A stretch of DNA of 64,000 nucleotides from Psammoneis japonica (taxonomy: Eukaryota): NCBI GenBank assembly GCA_008632985.1, contig QPGO01000048.1, forward strand, positions 248,001 through 312,000, given 5' to 3'. The position numbers and the translations under genes were made by a program. The notes beneath the pieces are model-generated. The model did not search any database and was not told where the DNA came from. It was given only the letters and a program-made list of their open reading frames with translations. Below are positions 28,001-40,572 of this stretch, one piece after another (position 1 is the first letter of the stretch; each line of letters starts with the position of its first letter).

Positions 28001-30759
28001 CAGAAGGACATGATGTCCTGGCACAGGCGGGTGATTCTTTCTCATCACCTTTGACTTCCACAGGATGAAGCTTTTTGGTCACTCCTGAGTTGATGTTGGG
28101 AGAATGACTGTCTTGAAGAAGAGAAACAATGGAAGCAAGGTTGATGTTGTCAGGCTTTGTGAGCTCGGGTGAACCATCCTGGACATGGCTCAAATCGTGG
28201 GTTTGTCATCAAAAGGAGTGAAGGAGGGTTCAAAGTTTTCTTGAACAAAGAATCACAATTAGATGAAAAATTTTAAGATTCTTTTGGCTGCAACCAATGG
28301 AGGGAACACTTCAAGAAAACTGTTGCCAGGAAGTTCAAGGCCGTTGTTGATTCAAAGAGCAATGCACCCATGCACAGGGCAGTTGCTGGATGAGAAGCTG
28401 CTGTTCCCTGGTTTTTTTGCAGCTGCCAACTGAGGTGGCAAGGCTGCTTGCTCTGCACAACAATGCTCACAGTGAAGCAGAGACAAGGACTTCTCCCAAG
28501 GAAACAAAGGAAAATCAACAAGGCCACTGGCAAGGTGACAAGAGGGGCTCAAGGTCAAATGTCAGTTTGGAGAGTTTTCAGAAGCAAATGTTGCAGACAA
28601 GCCCTTGGGGCTGGGGCACTGGTGCTCCACCATTGTCAACAAAAACAGAAGAAGAGACCACACACCACCAGGACTGTCAATGTCAGAGGGAATGCCAACA
28701 AGACAAAAGAGCAAGAGTCTCAGATTGGGGTTGCCAGCCAATGATGCAAAATTGCACAGAAGCCAAGCAAGCCAATGAAGCTGAGCAAAAAAAGAAGATT
28801 GGACAGAGGATGATGAACACCAAGCAAAGCAAAGCAAAGCCCCATTTTGGTTTGGAGCAATGAGTTGCAACTTGACACCAAATCTGTGGTTGTCATTGCA
28901 ACACAAAAAATGTCAGAATTGTGCCATCTTCAAGTGCAACTTGCTGTGAAAAATCACAAAAACCGATGTGATTGCACCTGCTCAACATTGTTGCAGCATC
29001 ATTTGGTCCTTGCAGCACTGCAGAAAAAGGGCCACACTGAAAATGAAAAATGTTGAACATTTCACAGATGCGCTGCAGCATCCCCTTTCTCAGAAAGGCC
29101 CTGATGTCAATCATCTTGTTGGTGTCAAAGATGTTTGTCATACAAAAACAGACAAACTCTTGTCCTTGTCACTCTGCTCTTGCTTTTGTGAGTTTGACAC
29201 ATTTTGTGATTGTTGCCATGTCATGATGTGATGTCATGCTCTTTGAATCTTTCATCACCCAGCTTTGATTTGGCTGTGCTGCCACATTGTTCTTTGTCCT
29301 GTCCCTTGACATTGTTGCTTTCTTCTTGTGTCTCTGTTTCTGCATTTCTGGGTGGCAATGCACAATCTCCATCACTCACAACTGGCAGCTTGTTTGCATT
29401 TCTTTCATCTGAAGCCATGAGTTCAAAGTTCTGGGGCTGTTTGCACCAGCAGCATGATCTGCCATGATGGTGGCAAGTGAGGGAGTCAAACCTCCAACAG
29501 CTTGTGCCAAGTGATGTCCTGTTGCCACTGGGTCTGACATTGGCCACAGTGTTGCAGGAGGAAAGGCCTCTGTGAGCCATGCACGCATTGAAGCACTCTC
29601 CAGAAACCATGGGCAATGCCAACAAAAATTGAAAAAAGAAGAAAGAACAATGCTGCTGCTTGCCACTCCAATGATGACAACCACAAGAACTGGGCTGAAG
29701 TTTCCCGTGCTCAGCTCTCCAGTGGTTGTTGTGAGCTTGTGACTGCACTTGTCTGACAAGTCCGCCAGTGTGCTCACAAAGATTTTAGCCCACACCAAGC
29801 CCCAAAGCAAGGTGAAGCCCTGCTGACCACAGCATTGGAAGCCAACAAACCTCCTGCCATCAGAGAGTGCAAGTGTTCTTCTGCAGAAGCTTGCAAGATG
29901 GGGTTGATGTGCAATTCCTGCAGTCTCTGTGTGGATTTCATCATCCAAGTCACAATGCTTGAGGCATGTTCCAGAGTCCTGCTTGCCAGAATCCCAAAAA
30001 GAGAAGGAGCTTGCTGACCCTCTGTGCTTCCAACTGCAGCCAACTCAGCAGCAATTCACAGAACAAAGCCAACAATGCCACCACCCAAGGTCACCATGAT
30101 CATGCAAGAAGACCTGTGCAACCCCAATTTAGAAAATGAATGGCTCTCCAAAACAAAAACAAGAGGGGACATGAGACCTGCATGGATGAACCCCACGTGA
30201 GTTGTGCAACAGTCAAGAGAGCTGGCAAAATCCACCCAAGAGCTTGATCACAGCAGGATGGGAGGCATCCTCTGTGCAAAAGGCAGGTGCCACCATGAGA
30301 GACATGGAAAGCTCCAAAACCTGCTTGAGTCCACAAAATGTTGCCAATGCATCCCAAAATCATTTTCCTCCTGCAACAGGGCACCAAGGAGCTGAGTGTG
30401 GGGCTGTTGGGAAGAACAAAACAAGGGCTTCAGCCCACTTTCAGAACAAAAAGGCAACACTCAATCGTTGACTTTGAAGTTTTGCTGCCAAACAGCAGCC
30501 AACAAACAGCGCCAACCTGTGCTGCATTTTGCCTCTCAAGCACTGACTTGTTCTTGGCAGAAAAGAAATGAAGTGGCAAGCTGCAGCACTCTTTCTGGGA
30601 CAGGAGTGAACAGAGCCACACCAATTTTGCTGCGTGACTCTCTGCTGCAGAGTGGAGACCTCATGAGCGCACATGCAAAACCACAAACCACAAAGATCAC
30701 GCCTTCTCTTGCCAAGGTGCCCACAAATCCAAGCTTTCCAATGGCCTTCGTGACACCCT

Positions 30760-31620
30760 TTTCATCCTAGCCCAAACTTTGGGGCCCCTTGCTCAGCTCT
30801 GCCACTCCTCTGCGGATGTTCATCTTGAACCCCTTAATTTGCTCCCCTCCCAGCCCCTCCTTTGCCCTGCCAATGTTGGCATGTCCACATCTCCTCCTGC
30901 CTTGCTTTTGGCCCCTTCCTGCCATTGCCAGGTTGCGATTGACGTCAATGCACCTCAAGCTCCTTCTTGCCCCCCCCCTGGTCTGCCTGCTCCCTCTTCC
31001 CCCAAATTAACTGAGGCACACCACACAAGCACAAGATTGAAGTTTCTTGGCCCTTCCACCTCCACTGCTGATGGTTCCCTTGTTGTTGCTTTGCTTGACA
31101 ATGACGGTGTCTTCCTTCTCCCTTTTTCACCATTGATTGCCTGGTGGTCTTGGTTTCTTTGCTCACTGCCTTCTCTTTGGCTCTATGCTCACATCCATCC
31201 AGTCTCAACCCAAGCCTCCCTGGTCCTCTCCTTCTGACTTTCAACACTCTGATGCCTCTCACTCAGCCTTTCTCTGTGCCTCATCCTCTCCATCTGCTCT
31301 TCTCCCATCGGCTGACTTTGCATGGCGTCACCTGTCCTCCGACCACTTTGGCAACACTTGTCGCACTGCCTCTCCATCACAATGGGCTCTCCAAGCCCTC
31401 AGCCACAATGTGGTCCTCCATCTCTCTGTGCATGCCCTCCAATTTACTTCAACCCTTCCTGCTCCCACATCCCCTGTCCCTTTGACTGAACGCCCTGCGT
31501 CCAGCATTTTTACTCCGTTCCACTCTGCTGGCACTCTGGCTAGAGTGGAGGGCCCTGCAGCCACTGCCGTGCCTCCTTCTGCTGTCCCCTTCCATTCTTT
31601 GTGGGCTCTTCATAACCACA
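30760..31620 (+). mobile_element. Decayed 3' fragment of the RLE-type non-LTR retrotransposon
   Basis: Aligns by eye with the reverse complement of 32750-33585 (ttcatcctagcccaaactttggg...; VHLEP.NLLP, LTEAHH.S.RLKFLGPSTS). Confidence 0.85.
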
Positions 31621-31639
31621 TGCTTTGAAAACCGCACCT

Positions 31640-32490
31640 GCCACAAGATTGCGGAGACCATGCCTTCACCTGCTCCAAAATGTACAAAGGCCCTCTCTCA
31701 AACCACATCCGAGACACTGTCTGCACCATGATTGAAACCTTGGGCCCTCTTTGCGGCCTGTGCTCTTCTCGGCAACAAGTGCACCTCGACCCTGCCAGCC
31801 TCCTGTCCAACCACCCCCTCAAACACCCCGCCGACGTAGGCGTCCAACTCACACCCGGCTCTGCACCACCCAACACCCCATCCACCCACCAATTTTTGGC
31901 CACAGACGTCACTGTGCTGCCCACCACCCCGCTTCCTGCACCTGGTTTGTCTGTCCCTGAAAACCCACTTGAAAAGGCTCACCTCAGCAGCACACGGGAC
32001 AAGCTCCTTGGTTGCTCTACATCATCTGCCAGCGGATCCGACATCATCGACGCCATCAACCAAGCCAGCCTCTTCCTTCTTCCCTTCATCCTCGACCACC
32101 TCGGCGGCATCGGCTGCCATTTCCACACCTTTTTCTTTGGCACCTCCACCACAACTTCGTCCTCCATGCCACCCCTTCCTCCTAAACCACCCTGGACAAA
32201 TCCCACCTCCTTTTCAAACTCCCAACCATCTTTTGCCGCCTGCACCAACTCACTCCTTGCGCACCCGGCGCCAATCTCCTTGCCAACTCCAACGCGGCCT
32301 GGAAACAACTCTCTCAAGAACGCTTCGGCTCTTCCCACCACACCTCAACACCATCACTTTGGGCCTCCCAAATCCTCAGTCTTAACTTCGGTTTCGCTCT
32401 CTCCACCCATCTTTCTGTGCATCAAGCTCTTCCCACTGTTGCCAACTCCTCCTCTCAACCATCTGTCCGCACTCTTGGTCCACACTTTTT
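31640..32490 (+). mobile_element. Second, more distant 3' fragment of a related non-LTR element
   Basis: CGDHAFTC..LSNHIRD..TLGPL.GLC..VHLDP..HPADVG..DVTV..LLPFILDHLGG. Confidence 0.75.
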
Positions 32491-32494
32491 CTCC

Positions 32495-32716
32495 CCATCC
32501 CACACAATGAACAAATTGGCATTTGCTTGGATGCACAAAAATGGCATTGCCACAAAGCATCATGGCGTCGCCTGGAGAAATCGAGCACACTTGCACCCGC
32601 ACAATCATTTCATTTTTCTTGGCCTGGGGTTTCTCGACGCCGTCTTCGAACGTCAAGGCATTTTCGTCAAATTCTTTCAGGTCTGGAACAAATTTGTGAA
32701 CGCAAACGGCCTTCAT
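32495..32716 (-). pseudogene. N-terminal fragment of an MDR/zinc-type (quinone) oxidoreductase
   Basis: MKAVCVHKF...LTFEDGVEKPQAKKNEMIVRVQVCSISPGD resembles the GroES-like ADH_N start; truncated after about 70 codons. Confidence 0.6.
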
Positions 32717-32744
32717 GATTGTGAAGGGGGTGTTGTTTTTTAAA

Positions 32745-35700
32745 TGGAAGATTGAGGGAGCCCATGTAGAGCGGAAGGGAACAGCAGAGGGAGGCACGGA
32801 GGTAGCTGTAGAGATGGCAGAGTAGAAGGGTTGAAGGATGCAAGACAAAGGGCGTTTTGAGGAAGGTGTGGGTGAGGAGGGAGCAGGGAGAGAGGAAGTG
32901 AATCAAAGGATGTGCGTAGAAAGGTGAAGAACGACGTTGCAGCCAAGAGTTTGGGTGGCCCACTGGGGTGGGGTGGCCGCACGGCAGGTGCCCCCAAAGC
33001 GATCGGCGGACAGGCGACGCCATGCGAAGTCAGCGGAGGGAAGGATGGCAGACGGAGACGACAAAGCGTAGAGAAAGGCGGAGTGGGAGGCATCGGAGTG
33101 ACGAAAGTCAGAGGAAGAGGACCAGGGTGGCTTGGGCTGAGAGCAGACGGAGGAGGATGTAGAACCAAAGAGCAAGCGGTGAGCAAAGCAGCCGAGACCA
33201 CCAAGGTGATCTACAGTGAAGGGGAGCAGGAAGATGCCATCGCTGTCAAGCGAAGAAACAACAAGGGATCCATCGGCAGAGGAAGTGGAGGGGCCAAGAA
33301 ACTTCAATCTCGCGCTCGAGTGGTGTGCCTCAGTTAAAATGGGAGAAGAGGGAGCAGGCAGACCTGGAGGAGGGCGAGAGGAAGCGCGAGGGACGGCGAC
33401 GTCCACTGCAATGTGGTGATGGCGGGAGGGAGCGGAAAGGGAGGCGGGAGGGGGAATTGAGATGCCGACATCAGCGGGATGGAGGAGCAGGCGGGTGGGG
33501 AGCAGGTTGGTGGGTTCAAGATGAACGTCATTGGGGGATCGACAGAGCTCTGCAAGAGGACCCAAAGTTTGGGCTAGGATGAAAACAGCATCACGGAGAC
33601 CATTGGAGAGCTTGGACTTGTGAGCACGGCGGCAAGAAAAGGCATGATCACCACAGGCATCCAGGATTGCATGGCCACAGGGACAGGGAGCATTGACAAG
33701 GGACGGAGGAAGGATGGGGAGATGAAGCTTGCGAAGGGCGGCAATGATGCAGGCATCCGAAGAAAGGCGGGAGCTTGGGAAGTGACGGGAGAAGGAATGA
33801 AGAGGGAGGCTTGCAAGCGGAGACAGCAATGAAGGGAGCGAAGATTGCACGTTGAAAGATGAGTTAGCAAGGATGGAGGCAACTGCTTGCTGCTGATGTT
33901 CATGGTGGAGGCAACGAGCCAGGCCAGGAAGAGTGGCCGATTTAACCAGGGCAGCCAAGGAAGAAGAGGAAAGGGCAGAGGCGGAAGCCAGAATGGGAGC
34001 ACAACGGCGGAAGAGCGTGTGGAGTCACAGGGAAGAGCGAGGGTTGGACCAGGAAGACAGGGAGAGCCGAAAGCAGCGTGGAAGGGAAACAGAAGCGCCA
34101 GATGGCAGGCTGACACCGTGCGAAGCAAAGCGGAACGAGTGGAGAAGCGACACCAAGAAGGAAGGAATGGCAGCAGCTGTTGGATCTCGGAGACCAAACC
34201 CACCTGAGGAGGCAGGAAGGAAGGCGATGGCAATGGAGTGGTCAGGAAAAGGAGCGGCGAAAGAAGTGACATGGTGAAGGAAGCGGTGAGCAACGGCGAG
34301 GAGGAAATCTTGAAATGGAGAGGTCCAGAGAAAGGGGTCGGGACGGGTTCCAGTCCTGGGTGGGACTTTTTGTGACATTTGCCCTGTAGAATTCTACGTG
34401 CGAGCTCTGTGGTTCATACTCTGGTCAATGGATGCATTTGTCTTCGACATGAAATGAACGGCCAAGTTTGCAGCACATGTGTCTCTGTTCGTACTCAAAG
34501 TTTTGGACAACACGCCTGCCCTGCGCCATTCTTAAGACACTCGAGAATGGCGTAGAAGAAAAAAATGTTAAAAGTTGCTGAATGGATCGCCTGACATTTG
34601 CACCACAAAATGATGCAAAATTTCGCCAAAATCACGTAGAAATCTACGTGTGCGACATACGACACGATTCAAAAAACTGTCGATGTTGCAGTTCAGCAGT
34701 GCGAGGTCCCACCTAGACCTGGAGCGCGTCTCGGGAGGATTGTCGGGGTTGAAGTTGCAGCAGAAGTCAGCCCCAAGGAGGTGAGCAGAGGATGGAACAA
34801 AACAGTGCTTGAAGAGTTGAGCCTGGGTTTGTTTGTCATGAAGACGGGTGAGAAGCATGTCAACTTTGTCGGAGAGAGCAGAGGAAGCATCGGAGAGGAA
34901 GGAGGTGGCGAAGTCGTGGGAGCCGAGGGGCTGTCCGAGGAAGCGAACACCAGAAGTGAGTTCGGGGTTGCAGGAGGGGTCATTGGTGGGGTTTAAGAAG
35001 GAAAGTGCAGCACAGAGAGGATCGGCACGGGAAGGGGGAAGAGCAGGGATGGGGCCAACACCGGCAATGGAGGTGAAGATCTTGGTTTTACGGAGGTTGA
35101 GGGAGATCCTGTGGGGAGCGCCGAGGGCGGAGAAGCGTTCAAGGAACCATGGGAGTGCGGAGTGGGGAAGGAAAGCGTGAGCATCATCAACGCAGGAGCC
35201 AACTGAGACAGAGGAACGGCCAGGGATTCGTGCTTGAAGTTCTTGGTTGATTGGACGAAGAACCAGAGAGAGGACTGGGCTGGCGAAGACAGGGCTGAGA
35301 GTGCATCCTTGGGCAAATCCCTCTTCTTGAAGAAAGGAGCCCCAGGAAGAATCGGGTCGGCGATGCCAACATGCATTGGAACTTTGACATGGAAGGTCAA
35401 AAAAAGGAAGCAGAGGATGGAAGGCAGGGGTGGAGGTGAGAACGTGTCGACAGGCATCTCGGGATGCTTCGTTGAACACATTGACAAGGTCAAGAAGAAG
35501 AAGAACCTTGGCAGAGTTGGTGGAAGAAAGACATTGCTCAATGTTGGCAAGAGCAGAGTGAATGAGATGATTGAGGCCACCTTTGACACCAATGCCAAAT
35601 TGGCCATCTGGGAGGAGATGTTCGGTGAATGCAGAACCAAAGAGAGTCATGACAACGGAGCCGGCAATGCGACGGAGAGCAGTGCCGACGCCAATGGGGC

Positions 35701-35830
35701 GAAGCTTGTTGAGGTCGCTGGCATCTTCATGCAGAGCGACAAAGCAGTTTGAAGCAAACAAGAAATGGACGGAGGGAGGAATGGAGCCATGGAGAAGGAG
35801 AAGGACAAGCTCAGCAAATTTTTCTGTGCA
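32745..35830 (-). mobile_element. Non-LTR retrotransposon (CRE-like: RT plus CCHC and restriction-like endonuclease), 5'-truncated and mutated
   Basis: LRPIGVG.ALRR, QFGIG..GG, LLDL.N.FN, QGC.LSP, CVDD (cf. YxDD), GGFGL, CPCG..LD.CGDHA..C, PADV...DV; short A-rich 3' end near 32740. Confidence 0.85.
34342..34730. mobile_element. 389-bp MITE inserted in the retrotransposon
   Basis: 25-bp imperfect TIRs (gacgggttccagtcctgggtgggac / gtcccacctagacctggagcgcgtc) flanked by tcgg on both sides; removal restores the reading NPDNPPDPFLW. Confidence 0.8.
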
Positions 35831-36851
35831 ATTTCCACGTGCCATGTTAAATTCTACGCAGCCTTGGCACTTGTGCAAAGCACCTCACGATGTGTCGCTC
35901 CCCGCTGATGCTCACCATGGCACCGATGCATTGTCGTTTGTTGCACAGCACTGAACAGGATTTGGTCAACTTCCGTGCAACGGGGTTCACACAAAAGCGA
36001 CAAATCACAGGAGTGAAGTGCAACTGCCAAGGGAGAGAATCTTTAAGTGTCAAAACTGAGCTGACTTTGCAGAAGCAGCGGCCATCAAATTTGCTGCACG
36101 CGGATCCCCACCTTTCCGTCTTCATTGAGCGCGACAATGGAACAGGCTGCTGGGCACATTTTGCCATTCTTGTTGAAATGACATGATTCCACAATCATGT
36201 GATCGCCCAAGGCCCCCAGACAATTGTTTTCAAAAGGCTGGGAATCCAAAATGAAGCAGACAAGACAAATGGTTGAGTGTTCTTGGAGAGCCAACAAGAG
36301 CGGATTGCCCAAGCACCAATCAGGAATCAGGTGCTTCTTGGAAAAGCTTCCAGAAGGCACTCACCAAAAGCAGACATGAGCACAAATGAAATTTGTCCAA
36401 AAGCATGTTGCACTTCCCTTCCAACAACCAGCTCCACACCGAAAAGAACCTTTCGTGTGCTGCCTTTAAAGAACTCGGTGCAAGAACATCCTGCAGGCAA
36501 TGATCCAGTTGGTCTGGCATCCCTTGGAACGGATGCACATGCTGTTGAAACCCATGGCAGGACGTGGGAAAAGAACACAAAGGAGTGTCTCATCCATCAA
36601 TCCAGAACAAGCCCGAGTCTCAGCGCGCTCGGGTTGGTTGAGCATCGTTTCCAGGCATTCCAAATCCAGATGCAACAAAGAGGAGTGTTGCATCAACTTG
36701 AAAGACTTCAATTTCACTCCTCCATCCAATGTTGTTGACATGTCGAAAGACAAGGCAAAATGAGGGGTGAGAGCTGACACCACAAGAGCGAAAGAAGTCA
36801 AAGGAACAACGAGTCACAAAACAAAGAACGAGCACACCACCGGACAATGTG

Positions 36852-36913
36852 ACGACCACAAACGCACATTGCCAGGGTGACAACGACCACAAACGCACAT
36901 TGCCAGGGTGACA
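36852..36913. repeat. 31-bp tandem duplication
   Basis: acgaccacaaacgcacattgccagggtgaca twice. Confidence 0.9.
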
Positions 36914-37358
36914 ACTCGACTCACACTCTGTCACCCATTGCTCATGCTCATGTTGCAATGACAAAATGCTGCACATTGGAGTGCAAACCAAAAAAGAAGG
37001 TGAAACAAAAGAAACAAAGTCAAAGGATGACAAAAAAAACGAGTCATCACACCACTTCAGTCGACAACACATTTTGCAACACGCACGGCACTTGTCGAGA
37101 CTGGGCCAATGCTTGCACATGACATGGACAAAGAACATGAATCTCGTGCATGACTCACCCCACAAAAAGACGCGACGACGACGGTGCAAACAACGCAACA
37201 GCGCCATGGTGTCTGCGAGAAAAAATGTGCAGAGGCTGGCACAAAAAATTGGTCTGCAAGTTGTTCTCCGCTTCTTGATTTTTGCTGGCTGGCCAATTTC
37301 TGCTGAAAAATGCAACGATCCGTGGGAGGTCTTTCTCTTCCTCTTCTTCCTGCACCAA

Positions 37359-37892
37359 CAAATGATGATTTAATCTTGATTCATTATTTTTAAACCATGA
37401 TAAACTTGGACGGAATTTTGGTTGTAAATGTAACCATCCCGCAAATAATAAAACACATGAAAATAATAATAAACCTACTGCACCTGTATATAACTCTTGA
37501 TTAGTTCTAAATCCGATTGTATACCACCATTGGTATACACCAGAAAATGCAATATTAACTGGATATGAATTACCTTTACTAAATGCTTTTAATGCAGATT
37601 CGCCGAAATGCGGATCCCAAATTGAATGAGCAATTGGTTTAACTTTTAATGGATTAGTTACCCATTTTTCAAAGTTTCCTTGCCAAGCAACATGGAATAA
37701 ATTACCTGCCGTCCATAAGAAAATAATAGCTAAATGACCGAAATGTGAAGCAAAAATTTTTTGATATAAATTTTCTTCAGTCATTCCATCATGTGCTTCT
37801 AAATCGTGAGCCGTTGCAATACCATACCAAATTCTTCGTGTTGCTGGATCTTGAGCAAGGGCTTGGCTAAACTTTGGAAATTTAGTTGCCAT
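37359..37892 (-). pseudogene. psaB: Truncated photosystem I P700 apoprotein A2
   Basis: [30 protein letters not shown]...[11 protein letters not shown], then unrelated sequence. Confidence 0.95.
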
Positions 37893-38044
37893 AATTGTTA
37901 GATGCCTTTTTATATAATTTTTAGTTGTAAATAAAAATATTTAATAAAATTCTTACGACTTGTTTCAAATGCTTGCGTGAGTGTTTTTTTGCACATTTGC
38001 ATGATCTAATTTTGTTGATCATGTCATTAAAAAACATTTTTTTG

Positions 38045-40299
38045 GCTCGTTGAAATAGCACGTGCTAAAAAGAATGACCATGTTGTACCAATACCACCAA
38101 GTAAGTAATGTGCTAAACCAACAGCACGACCTTGTGTAATACTTAATGCTCGTGGTTGAATTGTAGGAGCAAAATTTAATTTATTGTGTGCCCAAACGAT
38201 TGATTCGATTAATTCCTGCCAATAACCTCTTCCACTAAATAAGAACATTAAACTAAATGCCCAAATAAAATGTGCGCCTAAGAAAATTAGGCCATATGCT
38301 GATGAAGCTGATCCGTAAGATTGAATTACTTGAGATGCTTGTGACCATAAGAAATCACGTAACCATCCATTAATTGTAATAGAGCTTTGTGCAAAATTTC
38401 CACCAGTTATATGTGAGATATTACCATCAGGCGTTATCGTTCCCCAAACATCAGATTGCATTTTCCAACTAAAGTGGAATATTACAACTGAAATTGAATT
38501 ATACATCCAGAATAAACCTAAGAATACATGATCCCAACTTGAACTCTGACATGTACCACCACGACCTGGACCATCACATGGGAAACGGAACCCTAAATTT
38601 GCTTTATCAGGTGTTGACCTTGAGCTGTGTGCACATGAAACACCTTTTGGCAAAATTGGAGCTGTTGCGTGAGCTGCAAAAGCATGAATATGATGAACCA
38701 TAAAATCAGCTGTACCTAATTTAATAGGCATCATTGCAATTTTTCCACCAACTTCAACAACTTCACCTCCAAATGCATAACTTGTTGTTGCTAAAGCATT
38801 TGGTGCTGTTGTTCCAGGAGCCAATAAGTGAATATTTTGAATCCACTGAGCAAAAATTGGTTGTAATTGAATTGCTTTATCAGAGAACATATCTTGAGGA
38901 CGTCCTAATGCTCGCATTGTATCATTATGTATATAGAATCCGAAAGCATGTGTCCCTAAAAAGATACAAACCCAATTTAAATGAGAAATAATAGAATCTC
39001 GATGTCGAGTTGCGCGGTCCAACAAATTGTCACAGTTGTCTGCTGGTGTATAATCACGAACCATAAAAATTGCACCATGTGCTGCGCCACCAACAACACA
39101 AAAGCCACCAATCCACATGTGATGTGTAAATAAAGAAAGTTGAGTTGCGTAATCTGTTGCAATAAATGGATACGGAGGCATTGCATACATGTGATGAGCA
39201 ACAATAATGCTTAATGAACCTAGCATTGCTAAATTAATTGCTAATTGAGCATGCCATGAAGTTGTTAGAATCTCATATAAACCTTTATGTCCTTCACCTG
39301 TGAAAGGACCTTTATGCGCTTCTAAAATTTCCTTCATACTATGTCCAATTCCCCAATTTGTTCTATACATGTGTCGGCGATTATAAATAAAACTGATAAT
39401 GCTAAATGATGATGAGCAATATCACTTAACCATAATCCACCCGTAATTGGATTTAAACCGCCTTTAAATGTTAAAAAATCAGAATATTCACCCCATTGAC
39501 CACTGAAGAAAGGAGCTAATCCTTTATTAAAGCTTGGATATAATTGACTTATTAAATCACGATTTATTAAGAACTCATGAGGTAATGGTATTTCTTGCGG
39601 TGCAACTCCTGCGTCTAATAACTTGTCAATTGGTAAAGCAATATGAATTTGATGACCAGACCATGATAGACATCCTAATCCTAATAACCCTGCTAAATGA
39701 TGATTCATCATTGATTCAGCGTTCTGGAACCATTCTAATTTTGGAGCTGCTTTATGATAATGGAACCAACCACCAAATAGCATTATTGCAGACATTGCTA
39801 ATCCACCAATTGCAATCCAATATAGTTCCACTTCACTAGGAATTCCTTCAGCTCTCCACATTTGGAACCAACCAGAAGTTGTTTGAACACCTTGGAAATT
39901 ACCACCAACATCACCATTTAATATTTCTTGACCAACGATAGGCCAAACAACTTGAGAACTTTGTTTAATTCCAATCGGATCCGTTAACCAAGCCGAATAA
40001 TTTGAGAAATAAGCGCCATGAAAATGCATACCACTTATCCATAAAAAGATTATTGCTAATTGTCCAAAATGAGCACTAAAGATTTTACGAGAAACTTCTT
40101 CCAATGAATTAGTTTGACTATCAAAATCATGAACATCTGCATGCAAATTCCAAATCCAAGTTGTTGTTTTTGGACCTTTTGCTAATGTTCGTGAAAAATG
40201 ACCTGGTTGTGCCCATTTTGCAAAGCTAGTTTCGACAGCATCTTTTTCAACAAAAATTTGTACATTTTTTGTGCGACGATCAGTTGAGCTTATTGCCAT
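38045..40299 (-). pseudogene. psaA: Photosystem I P700 apoprotein A1 with a frameshift near 39375 and mutation clusters
   Basis: Two overlapping ORFs cover full PsaA; IAGHMYRTN reads GCC GA CAC ATG (1-nt loss); [12 protein letters not shown] intact; stop apparently read through. Confidence 0.95.
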
Positions 40300-40572
40300 T
40301 ATTTTTCTCCTTGATGGGAGACGAAAATTTATGAAACTCTCATATAAGAATAAAAAAGGAATAAAATGTAATATTGCCTAACTTATGAGTTTTCAATGTT
40401 TTATTATACGTATTTTTCTGATAAATTTTCAATTTTATGAAAAAAAGAAATCATTTAATTGTGCTAAAAAGAAATTTATTGAAGAAGATTGGAAGATTTT
40501 CTTTTAGGCGACAAGCAAAGGGCTAAAATCAAAAGGTTCCAGCGGTGTGAAGAGGACACAAAGACACAAGAG

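Larger units (their letters stand above)
22330..30760. mobile_element. Heavily decayed repeat/TE-derived DNA, depleted of both TpA and CpG
   Basis: Very few TA or CG dinucleotides, excess CA/TG; only short overlapping Cys/His-rich, Tyr-poor ORFs. Confidence 0.7.
37359..40490 (-). other. Nuclear insertion of plastid DNA (NUPT) covering psaA and 5' psaB
   Basis: Abrupt shift to AT-rich plastid-type sequence; psaA-psaB order; AGGAG Shine-Dalgarno upstream of psaA; nuclear-type flanks. Confidence 0.9.

Noticed and set aside
22330..30760. Classical RIP or CpG decay alone
   Set aside because: RIP creates TpA and CpG decay does not remove it.
30540..30760. Possible membrane-protein (DUF1206-like) fragment on the minus strand
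   Set aside because: Too short and mutated to support.
22500..31600. Many overlapping 60-200 aa ORFs in all frames
   Set aside because: By-product of TAA/TAG loss; Cys/His-rich with no coherent homology.
37155..37892. PsaB with a novel C-terminus as a fusion gene
   Set aside because: Read-through across the NUPT junction into stop-poor DNA; no targeting peptide.
37359..40490. Pure plastid contamination or functional gene transfer
   Set aside because: Frameshift, truncation and clustered changes at conserved residues favour a decaying NUPT; long reads are still needed.
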